A stretch of 64,000 nt of DNA from Hemiscyllium ocellatum (lineage: Eukaryota), in NCBI RefSeq assembly GCF_020745735.1, contig NC_083435.1, forward strand, positions 4,565,905 to 4,629,904, written 5' to 3'. A program made the translations under genes and the position numbers. How positions within the stretch are numbered: position 1 is the stretch's first letter; each line of letters opens with the position of its first letter. This document shows positions 49,686 to 62,117 of the stretch, piece by piece. The notes below the pieces were generated by a model, which saw nothing but the letters and a program-made list of their open reading frames with translations, did no database searches and was not told the DNA's origin.

Positions 49686-49825
49686 AGGAGAAAGTGAGGT
49701 CTGCAGATGCTGGAGATCAGAGCTGAAAATGTGTTGCTGGAAAAGCGCAGCAAGTCAGGCAGCATCCAAAGAACAGGAAATTCGACGTTTCAGGCATAAG
49801 CCCTTCATCAGGAATGAGGAAAGTG
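49686..49825 (-). mobile_element. Penelope pLTR fragment with well-preserved hammerhead
   Basis: Minus: attc-CTGATGA-A-GGGC-TTAT-GCCT-GAAA-CG-TC-gaat (49815-49780), with 4-bp stem I. Confidence 0.8.
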
Positions 49826-50365
49826 AATCATGTGCAGGCTAAAGATAGCACACTGATCAATTTTAGCCTCAGTTCTTATTGCTATTGAGTAAATATTGAA
49901 GGAATTGGGACTGTCTATGGTGTCTTTGGTAATAATGTTAAGATAAGTACTTTAAAAAGTTTTGAGTTGGAACTAATGCTGTGATCACATTACGAGACAG
50001 TTTTATTACTGCACTCGGATCACTGTGCTCAGTTTATCACTTGGAATTGATCAAAGTATATTTTCAGTAATGTTAAGTGTTTCTGGAGATATTTTAACAG
50101 GGGAAGTTGAATTCTGCTTAGTTCTTGGAAAATGAAGGGGAGATTTAACAGAGGGTTTCTGAATTATGGTGGGGTTCTCACAGAATGACCAGGGAGAAAG
50201 CATTTCTTCTGGATGTAGAATCAGTAACCCGAGGATGCAGGATTAAGAAAATTGAGGTTTCAGAGTGGTGTTGTTGTGATCTGGAATGCAATGCTTGTAA
50301 CAATGTCCCAAAGAGAGAACGACACAAAGTGGAAACGCATCCAGAACAATGAGGGAGGAGAAAAT

Positions 50366-50673
50366 GGGCGGCACGGTGGCACAGTGGTTAGCACTGCTGC
50401 CTCACAGCACCTGTAGACCCGGGTTCAATTCCCGACTCAGGTGACTGACTGTGTGGAGTTTGCACGTTCTCCCCGTGTCTGCGTGGGTTTCCTCCGGGTG
50501 CTCCGGTTTCCTCCCACAGTCACAAAGATGTGCGGGTCAGGCGAATTGGCCAAGCTAAATTGCCCGTAGTGTTAGATAAGGGGTAAATGTAGGGGTATGG
50601 GTGGGTTGCGCTTCGGCGGGTCGGTGTGGACTTGTTGGGCCGAAGGGCCTGTTTCCACACTGTAAGTCTAATC
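50366..50673 (+). mobile_element. HE1-like SINE, full length, young
   Basis: GGGCGGCACGGTGGCACAGTGG A box, GGTTCAATTCC B box, CR1-type tail. Confidence 0.9.
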
Positions 50674-52482
50674 AAAAAAAACAAATTAAAAAATCTCTGT
50701 CAAAGAGCTGTCATAGGCACGGAAGGCCAAATGGCCTCCTTTCCTGCATCAGGCCATGAATGTACCTGCTTTTAGCTTGAATCACTTCCTTTGCAACTCC
50801 GTTCTCCCCTTCCCCACCCCCCACATGATTGGGATTCACTCTCAGTGAGAGAGGGTTACAGGACCTTGGGTATGCAATGGGATCCCTGATACATTTAGGG
50901 AATGTGAAATTTACACCAGGAATACTTGCTCCACTATCACCCCAACACAGATGCACAGCACTAACTATATCAGTTAATCAATAACGAGGGGCCTTGTGCT
51001 GGTAACTTTGTTGTGAATAATGAGCTGGTCGATAAGGAAGACTTTAACTCAATACCTTAGGCTGGAATAAAGCTGGTGATGTGGGAAAGATATTGTATAA
51101 AATTTGCCCTCGATGTAAGTGGACAAGCAATTTGAGATCTGCATGCTTTGCATACATATGCAGAAGAGGTTTAAATCCACACTCTCATTTGCCTGCCTAA
51201 ATCACACATCATCCAAAACCAGGAAAATGTGTGGGAACTGATTTAAGGTTCATTCATCATTACATTAATGCACCAACAAACACTGTGCCATTAATGCAAC
51301 AAGAACCAGCAATAATTCAAAATCGAACCAGTCTGTTAATTGAAGGACCAGGCCACATACCAATACCCTAACAGGAAGCATTTTCACAAACTGCCTGGTA
51401 TTCTGATAGCTTGTACAGCATGGGAAAGCTAACCCAAGGATATACAGCCACCACTGGTCCAGTTGTTCACTTTTACATTTGCAGTTAGCTTATGTTGTCC
51501 ACAAAGCACTAAACATTGACCATTGACGGCAACAGTTTGAAAGCTGCCAGTGAGACCATGTTGAGGGCTCACTTTATGTTGGGCTGTACCCATCCTCCAT
51601 ATCGTAGCTGGTCAGGGCACACTGAACACCAGCAACAACCACCAAGTAAATCCCATCTCATTAATGTTCAATTACTCTCTGTGTACTTCAACTCTTCGGG
51701 GTCTCTGAGTGAATGGAGATTACAGAATGTGCTGAATGAGCATCGCTGGCAGTTTAAACAAAGCTGTAGGTCAGACAGAGGCTGCGAACAACTGAATAAG
51801 TGACTCAGGAGGAGTGGTCCTGTTACAAAGAATGGTGCTACCACATTTATACTGGCTAGCACGCATTGTGAGGAACTGGAGTAACCAGACACATCTGCCC
51901 CCTGTAAACAGTGGAGGAATTGTATAAAATGCTGTTGATTTATCTATATCTCCATTCATAAAATAACAATTCAGCGGACACGTTTTGCCACACACGGTAT
52001 TCCCTCGGTGACACTGACAAGGAAGGTCTAAAAGGTGCAGTGAGAATGTGGGACGTTTCAATGATGTGAATAATAGAAGTATTTAAGGGGAAAGAGATCG
52101 GGGTAAATGGCTGGAAGGTTATAAGAATACACCAACAGAATGAGGAAAAGTAGTGTGCGCTGAGTGTTAGCCTTGGCAAAGTCCAGGAGGTTCAAATGGT
52201 CAGCTTTGTTGTTGTAAAACACAATGTTATTGGATTAGTTTTGTGAGCTGAGAGGCCTGGTCTGGTCTGCCCCTCCATATTGTTTGGAACCGAGAGGGGG
52301 GAGCAGGGGAACAATGAGGGGTTTAAATTGGTTGCAGTTTCATTGTCAAGAGAAAAGGAAATCTGTTATTTCCCAGTCCACCCCAACCAACCAGGCCTCT
52401 CACCTTCCATAACCCTCTTGGCATTTTGTTAGAAACTTTCTCTCCTGAAAAATGAAATACCACCTGCTCTGCTGACAGAGTC

Positions 52483-53497
52483 TTGTTTGTGTGCTGCATA
52501 GAGCCATTTGCCGAGGCCATCAGGAAGGATGGGAGCCTGAGAGGGGTGACTATTCCTGGCAGCGGGGGCCTGCAGGTTAAGGCCTCCCTGTAGATGGATG
52601 ACGTCGCCGTTTTCTGCTCGGATCCGCTGTCCGTGCGCAGACTCATATGTGACCAGTTCGAACAGGCCTCAGGGACCAAGGTAAACCGAGGCAAGAGCAA
52701 GGCCATGCTCTTGGGGAACTGGGCCGACAAATCCTCCATCCCCTTCACCGTCAGGACCGACCACCTGAAGGTGCTGGGTATTTGGTTCGGGGGGGCTGGG
52801 GCGTGCGCCAAGTCTTGGGAGGAGCGTATCAGCAAAGTGAGGCAGAAACTGGGCAGATGGAAGCTATGGTCGCTCTCCACCGCGGGCAAAAATCTGGTCA
52901 TCAGGTGTGAGGCACTGTCACTGTTGTTATATTTGGCACAGGTCTGGCCTATTCCCAGAACCTGTGCCTCTGCAGTCTGGAGAGGAATGCAGTGGTGTTT
53001 GTCGAGGTTCATCCCGAGCAGCGCCATGACGCGGGACTCCGTGCTCTACGGCCTGTTCCCCGGGACGCAAACTGAGACGAACATCAACTGCGCCTGGAGG
53101 ATCATCAACTCGGTGAAGGACGCTCTCTGGGTGGTCCGAAACCTGTTGGTCTTCCAGCTGAAGGAGTTGACCCTGACTGAGTGTTGTGGACTGGCACATT
53201 CCAAGGCCCAGGACTACGTGTTGAGGGACGCGCTGAAGCTTGGGGCAGCTGCTGCCAAGGCGCGGTGGGGCAACACCACCGTGTAAGGTCTGTCTGCCTA
53301 AGAAGAACAGGGGGCCCATGCAGTAAGTGGGCTCCGCTGATACCTCAGGTAAATATGTGGATAGTAAACATATCTAGGAATGATTAATTCTGATCTCTGT
53401 ATGCAAAGAAATAGAATGTTTACGGATGTAAGGCATGACCAATTGTACAGATCATCCAAATATTTTATGAATAAAGTATATTTTTGAAATAAAAAAC
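52483..53497 (+). mobile_element. Tx1/L1-clade LINE 3' fragment with internal deletion
   Basis: IEPFAEAIR, (Y>*)MDDV, ASGTKVNRGKS, LKVLGIWF motifs; AATAAA and A-rich tail at about 53470-53497. Confidence 0.85.
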
Positions 53498-53729
53498 AGT
53501 TTGCAAATATTCTCCCTGGACCTGCAGCGAGAGTCCCCTTTGGGCCAGGTCACTGGATATTTCCAGGACCTCACCCCCTTCCTCCACAGGCAGCATGGAC
53601 ACTTTAGCAGAGGTTTCTGGGACACAAGCCCCGACAGTGGTTGGTGATGGTGGTTGGGGGGGTGCGCAATGGGAGGAACAATATCAAATATCCAACTGAG
53701 AAGCTGCAGGCCCTCCCTCCCCCCCACAC

Positions 53730-54264
53730 AAAGTCCAGGTGCTGGATTCTCAGCACACCGTGATTGCTCTTGGTCACCTTCAAGCCTGGGGAAGAGGAAG
53801 GAGACACTTTCTCACTGAAGCTGGCGTGGAAAGTGAACAGATGGGAAAAGAGATCTGCATCATAAAAGGAAACTCTTCCTCCTTTGTAGCCCAGGTAGAT
53901 CCCAATCTGGGTGGGGTTACCTCTCACATCGATCACCTTCGGATGATATAGGAAAGCCCTGAAGCTGTCATTCTCCCTGTGTATGGTCCAGTAGCCAGGC
54001 TTGGGAGACTGACGCAGTTCCCCTTGCAGTTGATGGACTCCTTGGTGACACCCAGGTTCCAATCTTTGCCACCCCCCCATGTCAACCTGCCAGTGGTGCC
54101 TTCCTGATGTGAAGCCATCGGAGCCCAGGATGAAGGGCACGACGGTGAACATCTCCGATTGTCAGGAACCACCTTCGGCTTCCCCTTGGACCTTCCTCTG
54201 GTTGGGCCACAGAGAGAGAGCTGGGAGCAGGCAGTGGCAGGGTTGAAGGTTAGATTTGACAGTC
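53730..54264 (-). pseudogene. TRIM-type B30.2 (PRY/SPRY) terminal exon, frameshifted
   Basis: LTFNPATA, VPDNRR, ILGSDGFTSGRHHWQVD, WNLGVTKESI, IGIYLGYKGGRVSFYDA split over at least 3 frames; tttacag acceptor at 54265. Confidence 0.85.
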
Positions 54265-55321
54265 CTGTAAAAATTACTCAACATTAGAACAATTTAAGAC
54301 AAACATGGATTAAAAAAAAATTGTTTCTCTAATGTCAGTTATATATCTTTACAGAAAAATTAGACTGCTCTGTTTGCCTTTACCTGCATTTATATAGCAC
54401 CTATCAGAACTTTAGGTCAAAGCAAACTGCCTTTTCAGCCAATGGAATGCTTTCCTCACTGCACCCCAATCCCCAATGAAGCAAAGGGGATAGGAAGGAA
54501 AATTGGATTTGCACATCAAAAGGTTCAGTGTCTGCATTGCCCGGTCTGAACATACAATGAAACCAGATTCAAACAAAGCTCTTGAAAGAGAATGTGATCA
54601 CTATCTGCAAAGGGAAAGATTGTTGGGCTCAGCGGTAACAGTGGGGGTGTGACATTAGGCGAGATGTCCTTGAAGAATGGGCTGAACGATCTCCCTTCTG
54701 TGCTGGAACCATTCGATGATCCTTTGAGATGTTGAACAGTGTAGGAAAGGTTGCAGTTAATGTGTACACAACAACCTCCCAAAAACAGCAACGCTACAGT
54801 TACCAGCACACCCAGGAGATCTCAGATGATTTCACGTCCCCCCCCGCACCCCCCCCCCCCCCCCTCCCCCACTGCCTGGCCAATAGGGTAGACCGGGCCA
54901 TAGCTTCAGTTCACCCTGAAAGGTGATGCCTCCAACATGGCAGCACTCCCTCAGAACGGGACCGGGAGAGCCAGCCGAGCTCATGTTCCAGGCTCTGGAA
55001 TTACAGATGGAACCCACAGAGACTGAGACTGAGGCAAAGGCACTCCCCACTCAGCTACTGCTGAAGGGCAAATTGCTCTTGTTGGAGTGCAGTTCCAACA
55101 GCCCCAGGCAGTCTCCATTCCAATTCTGAGAGAGTGTGGCCCTCAGCTGAGGCAGGGCTGACTGTAGAGAGGTTAGGTGCCGGCGCATTGGTGCAAGTGT
55201 AGAGCGGAGGATCTCCATTCCCCTCAACTCTCCACAGCCCAGCAACGGATTATCCCAAAGTGGGGGCAGGACAAACAACTTCACAGCCCCAGCTGGATCA
55301 AACCCTCAATGCACTTACACC

Positions 55322-58300
55322 GAGTCATAGAGATGTACAGCATGGGAACAGACCCTTCGGCCCAACCAGTCCATGCTGACCAGATTTCCCAACTCAATCT
55401 AGGCCCACCTGCCAGCACTCACCCTATATCCCTCCAAACCCTTCCTATTCATATACCCATCAAAATGCCTCGTAAATGTTGCAATTGTACCAGCCTCCAC
55501 CACTTCCTCTGACAGCTCATTCTATACACATACCACCCTCTGTGTGAAAAGGTTGCCCCTTAGATCTCTTTTATATCTTTTCCCCTCTCACCCTAAACCT
55601 CCGCCCTCTAGTTCTGGACCCCAGGGAAAAGACTTTGCCTATTTACCCTATCCATGCCCCTCATAATTTTGTAAACCTCTATAAGGTCACCCCTCAGCCT
55701 CTGACGCTCCAGGGAAAACAGCCCCAGCCTGTTCAGCCTCTCCCTGTAGCTCAAATCCTCCAACCCTGGCAACTTCCTTGTAAATCTTTTCTGAACCCTT
55801 TCAAGTTTCACAACATCCTTCCGATAGGAGGAGGCCAGAATTGCATGCAATATTCCAACAGTGACCTAACCAATGTCCTGTACAGCTGCAACATGACCTC
55901 CCAACTCCTGTACTCAATGCTCTGACCAATAAAGGAAACCATACCAAATGCCTTCTTCACTATCCTATCTACTTGTGACTCCACTTTCAAGGAGCTATGA
56001 ACCTGCACTCCAAGGTCTCTTTGTTCAGCAACACTCCCTAGGAGTAAAAAATGAGGTCTGCAGATGCTGGAGATCACAGCTGCAAATGTGTTGCTGGTCA
56101 AAGCACAACAGGCCAGGCAGCATCTCAGGAATAGAGAATTCGACGTTTCAAGCATAAGCCCTTCATGAAGGGCTTATGCTCGAAACGTCGAATTCTCTAT
56201 TCCTGAGATGCTGCCTGGCCTGCTGTGCTTTGACCAGCAACACATTTGCAACACTCCCTAGGACCTTACCATTAGGTGTATGAGTCCTGCTGAGATTTGG
56301 TTTCCCAAAATGCAGCACCTCACATTTATCTGATTTAAACTCCATCTGCCACTTCTCAGCCCATTGGCCCATCTGGTCAAGATCCTGTTGTAATCTGGGG
56401 TAACCCTCTTCGCTGTCCACTACACCTCCAATATTGGTGTCATCTGCAAACTTACTAACTGTACCTCTTATGCTCACATCCAAATCATTTATGTAAATGA
56501 CAAAAAGTAGTGGATCCAGCACTGATCCTTGTGGCACTCCACTGATCACAGGCCTCCAGTCTGAAAAACAACCCTCCACCACTACCTCCTGTCTTCTACC
56601 TTTGAGCCAGTTCTGTATCCAAATAGCTAGTTCTCCCTGTATTCCATGAGATCTAACCTTGCTAACCAGTCTCCCATGGGGGAACCTTGTCGAACGCCTT
56701 ACTGAAGTCCATGTAGATCACATCCACCACTCTTCCCTCATCAATCCTCTTTGTTACTTCTTCAAAAAACTCAGTCAAGTTTGTGAGACATGATTTCCCA
56801 CGCACAAAGCCATGTTGACTATCCCGAATCAGCCCTTGCCTTTCCAAATACATGTACATCGTGTCCCTCAGGATTCCCTCCAACAACTTGCCCACCACTG
56901 ACATTAGGCTCACCGGTCTATAGTTCCCTGGCTTGTCCTTACCACCTTTCTTAAACAGTGGCACCACGTTAGCCAACCTCCAGTCTTACAGTACCTCATC
57001 TGTGACTATCAATGATACAAATATTTCAGCAAGGGACCCAGCAATCACTTCTCTAGCTTCCCACAGAGTTCTAGGGTACACCTGATTAGTTCCTGGGGAT
57101 TTATCCACTTTGATGTGTTTCAAGGCATCCAGCACTTCCTTCTCTGTAATATAGACATTTTTCAAGATATCACCATCTATTTCCCAACATTCTATGTCAT
57201 TTTCCACACTAAATACTGATGCAGAAATATTTAGTTAGTATCTCTCCCATCTCCTGTGGTTCTGCACAAAGGCCGTCTTGCTGATCTTTGAGGGACCCTA
57301 ATCTCTCCCTAGTTACCCTTTTGTCCTTAATGTATTTGTAAAACCCTTTGGAATCTCTTTAACTCTATTTGCCAAAGCTATTTCACGCCCCCTTTTTGCC
57401 CTCCTGATTTCCCTCTGAAGCATAGTTCTACTGCCTTTATACTCTTCTATGTATCATATATTTGATCTATCTTGTCTATACTGACACATGCTTCCTTCTT
57501 TTTCTTAACCAAACCCTCAATTTCTTTAGTCATCTCGCATTCCCTATACCTACCAGATTTTCCTTTCACCCTAACAGGAATATACTGTCTCTGGACTTAT
57601 ACACTTAATGGTAAGGTCCTGGGGAGTGTTGCTGAACAAAGAGACCTTGGAGTGCAGGTTCATAGCTCCTTGAAAGTGGAGTCGCAGGTAGATAGGATAG
57701 TGAAGAAAGCGTTTGGTATGCTTTCCTTTATTGGTCAGAGCATTGAGTACAGGAGTTGGGAGGTCATGTTGCATTTGTACAAGACATTGATTGGTTAGGC
57801 CACTGTTGGAATATTGGGTGCAATTCTGGTCTCCTTCCTGTCAGAAAGATGTTGTGAAACTTGAAAGGGTTCAGAAAAGTTTTACAAGGATGTTGCCAGA
57901 GTTGGAGGATCTGAGCTACAGGGAGAGGCTGAACAGGCTGGGGCTGTTTTCCCTGGAGCGTCGGAGGCTGAGGGGTGACCTTATAGAGGTTTATAAAATC
58001 ATAAGGGGTATGGATAGCTAAATCGATAAAGTCTCTTCCCTGGGGTGGGGGAATCCAGAATTAGAGGGAATAGGTTTAAGGTGAGAGGGGAAAGATATAT
58101 AAGGGACCTGAGGGGCAATGTTTTTCAGGCAGAGGGTGGTACGCGTATGGAATGAGCTGCCAGAGGATGTGATGGAGGCTGGTACAATTGCAACATTTAA
58201 GAGGCATTTGGATGGGTATATGAATAGGAAGGGTTTGGAGGAATATGGGCCGGGTGCTGGCAGGTGGGACTAGATTGGGTTGGGGTATCTGGTCAGCATG

Positions 58301-58350
58301 GACTGGTTGGACCGAAGGGTCTGTTTCTGTGCTGTACATCTCTATGACTC
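55322..58350. mobile_element. Two CR1 copies fused 5'-to-5' (minus 55322-57595, plus 57591-58350)
   Basis: tctatgactc 3' tails at both outer ends; orientation switch at ctggac near 57592. Confidence 0.85.
56044..56247. mobile_element. Palindromic Penelope-derived mini-element inside CR1
   Basis: Perfect centre cccttcatgaaggg (about 56165); TSD gcaacactccctagga (56028-56043 / 56248-56263). Confidence 0.85.
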
Positions 58351-61164
58351 TGTTAGTCCCTTCAACTTTCCTACAAAGAAAGAATGAACATTGTGTCTTT
58401 GTGAAGGATTGTTCAGCCATAGAGTTGTGTGGTAAGTTACATTATGAAACCCGAGGGTATGCGTCCACCAGATTCAGTAATTTATGTTTTCCAGTCTTAC
58501 ATTATGTTCTTCACTCTGAGACTGTCATTTGTAAAATAATTTTGTGCATTTTGAAGGCAAGTAGAAAATATTTGTTTGTGGTCTTTGCCATTTTCTGATG
58601 CCCAAATGTAGTTTAATTGCTGGAAAAGCTCATGAGCTCTGAGAAAGTGTCGTGGAGAGAAAGTCAAGTGAACGTTTCGGATCCAGTGACCGTTACTCAG
58701 AACTTTACTTTTGTCAATTTCTCGTGCCTGGATTATTGGCCTTTATTTCAAAGGGAGTGGAGTCCAAATGTAGAAACATGTTTTGCTAAAATTATACAAG
58801 GCACGAGTCAGAGCAGGGATGAAATCTTGTGGAAAGATCTCCTGCCATTGGAGGCAGCCCAGAGAAGCTTCATTAGGCAGGTTTGGAGGGACTATGTGAA
58901 ATGGAGTGGATTTGTATCCTGGGTATGCAATCATTAGGATATAGAAGAACCAGAGAGGGCCATGTTGAAATGTACAAGATTCTTAGAGAACTTGACAGGG
59001 GAGATGTGGCGAGGTTGTTTTCTTTTGAGGGTGATCCAGGACCAAAGGGCATAGTCTCAGAATAAGGAGTCACACATTTAAGGTAGATGAGGAATGTTTT
59101 TCTCTCAGAGTGTTGTGAATCTGTAGAATTCTTTACTGCAGAGAGCTGTTGAGGCTGGGTTGTTCAGTGTATTCAAGCCTGAGATAGATAGATAGTTACT
59201 CAGTAAGAGCATCAAGGGTTATGGTGGTGCAGTGGACCTGATGGGCTGAATGGCCTACCTCTGCTGCTGTGCCTCATGGTCTTTTTACAGAGTTGTACAA
59301 AGTTTCAGAAACTATTTTCATTCATCTTGCTGGGTTGATCATTTCATTTACTCTCCAAATACTTTGAGAAATTTTCAGTAAACCTTCAAAAAAAAATCTT
59401 CAAGCTTCCTACTCTTTCTGGCAAAATTGTAAACCTCCTGTTTTGATGCATCTAGTTCGCCATGACCATCCACTTCTCCAATGGAGTTATTATTCCTTGA
59501 GGGGTTACATATTCCGCTGTTGGTTGTAGCTTCTCCTACCAGGAGATCTGCTGTCATGATGTATTATACACACCTCTCTTGCTCCATTCTCACCCGTTCC
59601 CAGTTAGACCCATGCTTCTGTTGCCTTCTTGACAAAGTTCTCTTTAGCTTTTCAGCTCTGACCGAAAACTAACATTTTCGAAAGGAGGTATATTTGTATA
59701 TTAATTGACAATTTAAAAATGTAATATTTTTCCTGACCACTGGGCAGGTAAGCACTTTACAGTTTACATAAATTCGATAATGTAAGCTGTAAATTAGAAT
59801 ATAACCCCCCCCAAATTTGATTTCTTTTGCACAAGTTAACATGGAGGAATTTTTTATTGAAACTAATCTTTTCTGTTTTAAACCGGGAAGGCCAATAAAT
59901 AACACTCATCCACCAAATTGTTTTGCTGGGTCACAGTGAAGGCAGTTAAAGAGTCACACGTGTTGCTGTGCATCGAGAGTCTCTCACACACGCCAAATGA
60001 GCCAATAATCACTGATTTCCTTCTCGAAATGATATTAATCAGACTGTGCTATTTTTTGTTAAAAAAAATCATGTGGTTTTCATGGTCATAACTACTTACA
60101 CTAGATTTTTAGTTTTTATTCCAGATTTAGTTCACTAATTGTATTTAAATTTCCTAGTTGCCCTGGTGTGAACTCCCGTCGCTGTATCATTGCTCTCTTA
60201 CTCACCCAGTGACCGAACTGTTCCCCAGATCCCAGTTCTGACACTATGCAAGCCTCCAGCTGCAGCTGAGTTATACAGCGTGTACAACACTGTAACAGGA
60301 TATGCAACAAAACAGCTCCATGCTCTTGTTAATGTTCCACCTGCAATTCCTCATTCCCTTCATCCAGTCCTACCAGCATATCCTTCAATGGCTCCTTTCT
60401 GTTCAGAGTCCCCTCAAACCCATTCACCTCCACCAATTCTTTGTACTGACAGGTTCCACCTTCTCCCACTCTCTGCCTTCCTAAGAATTCCCGAAATTCT
60501 TCCAACTACATTTATTCATGTCCACCTGACCATTCAAAGCCTCTGGTTCTATTCTCACCTCCAAGCTCCACTGTGGCTCTATGGAGATGACTTTCTGGTT
60601 GTCTGTCCACCTCCTCTTTGACAAAGAGCAAAATTAAGAACTGCCTCACCCTGGCCAAAGTTTCCTGACAAGTGTAACCTCCGAATCCACACCGAACAGC
60701 AGAGTTAGTGCAAGGTGAACTGACCGATAAGATTGGGATGTGTTTTAATGCAGACATAGTGACTCCAGTGGTATTTTACAGCTGTGGCAATTAGCCAGCA
60801 TCAGTCTCGGCCTAGCTTGCCGCCCTTAGTGCTGGGGACCAGTCAAATTCCCCTGGACTGAGTACCCAGCTGTAAAACCGTGCAGAATTCACAGCACAGA
60901 ACCAGCTCACATGGTCCATTCCATTAAATCAACCCCTCCTGAATTCCTTGAACGGATTCTTTCCTGGCCACCCTGGATTACTAACCCCCAATTCTCTATC
61001 AGTTACCAGGGGGAGAAAACCTGAACACCAGACCCCATTGCCATGAGATGGAGAGGGGATGTCTATGGGCCACTGGTCTTTATATTTTGGCTGACAGTTT
61101 GCAGGCCGCTAACAACTCCAACTGGAATCTGTCCCCAGAAAGGTGAGAGAATGCAGGTTGGTTT

Positions 61165-61400
61165 CCCAATAGGAAGGTAAGGTGTCCTGCTGTCTTATCT
61201 CCTCCTCCATCGTCTTGGTGCTGACATCCAGTGACAACAGGTCTCTGGGGATCTGATCGATCTCCTGCTGTAACTGATGACTCTGTCAGTTCACCTCCTC
61301 CTTTAGCTGCTGAAGCAGGGTAGATTCCTCCTTCTAAAGGAAGTTGTGCAGCTTCTCAAAGGTTTTCTTGACGATATTCTGGGTCACGTTCAAGGTCCAT
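61165..61400 (-). pseudogene. TRIM coiled-coil exon with in-frame stops (same pseudogene as the B30.2 exon)
   Basis: TLNVTQNIVKKTFEKLHNFL*KEESTLLQQLKEEVN*QSHQLQQEIDQI..MEEEIRQQD; matches the EFEKLHQFL..EE..LL TRIM motif; about 230 nt. Confidence 0.7.
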
Positions 61401-61899
61401 ACAAACGAATGCAGGTGGTACGTTTCACATGCACACAGACTTCATGCTGGATTCACAGCTAATAACCTGACCATATCTGGGTGTGAATGACGTCCCCCTA
61501 CCTCACCAAAGATGGCTTTGTTATCAATTTATTGAATCATCGAGTCATGCAGCACAGAAACAGATCCTTTGGTCGAACACATCCAAACGCCTTAAGATCT
61601 AAGCCAGTGACCTCAGACCCAGCCACGTATTCTATTCCGCAGCCACTGAATTAACTCCTTGAGTTTCTCGTTGCCTACGACTTCAACAGATCACCGTGTT
61701 GCCATGCCAACATTTCTGTCTCCATCCTGCTGTAATATCCAGAAAGGCTCCATGCCAGCTGGGACAGCAACACCCCATCATCCACTTGGGGATCTTATAA
61801 CCTTCAGGGTTCAACACGGAGTTTAACAATTTGTACCAAGAACACCTCTTTCTTGTCTATTATCTACCCCAACAATCCCAGGGACTCTCATAAAATGGG

Positions 61900-62117
61900 A
61901 GAAATTGGGGACTGCAGATGCTGGAGATCAGAGCTTAAAAATGTGTTGCTGGAAAAGTGCAGCAGGTCAGGCAGCATCAAAGGAGCAGGAGAATCGACGT
62001 TTTGGGCATAAGCCCTTCTTCAGGAATGAATTGAAGGGCTTATGCCAGAAACGTTGATTCTCCTGCTCCTTTGATGCTGCCTGACCTGCTGCACTTTTCT
62101 AGCAACACATTCTTAAG
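61900..62117. mobile_element. Palindromic Penelope-derived mini-element inside an older Penelope remnant (about 61640-62440)
   Basis: Inverted arms; TSD ctctcat(a/g)aaatggg (61885-61899 / 62118-62132). Confidence 0.82.

Noticed and set aside
4103-50673. tRNA-like A/B boxes at several positions
   Set aside because: They are SINE heads followed by SINE bodies and CR1 tails; no full cloverleaf tRNA gene seen.
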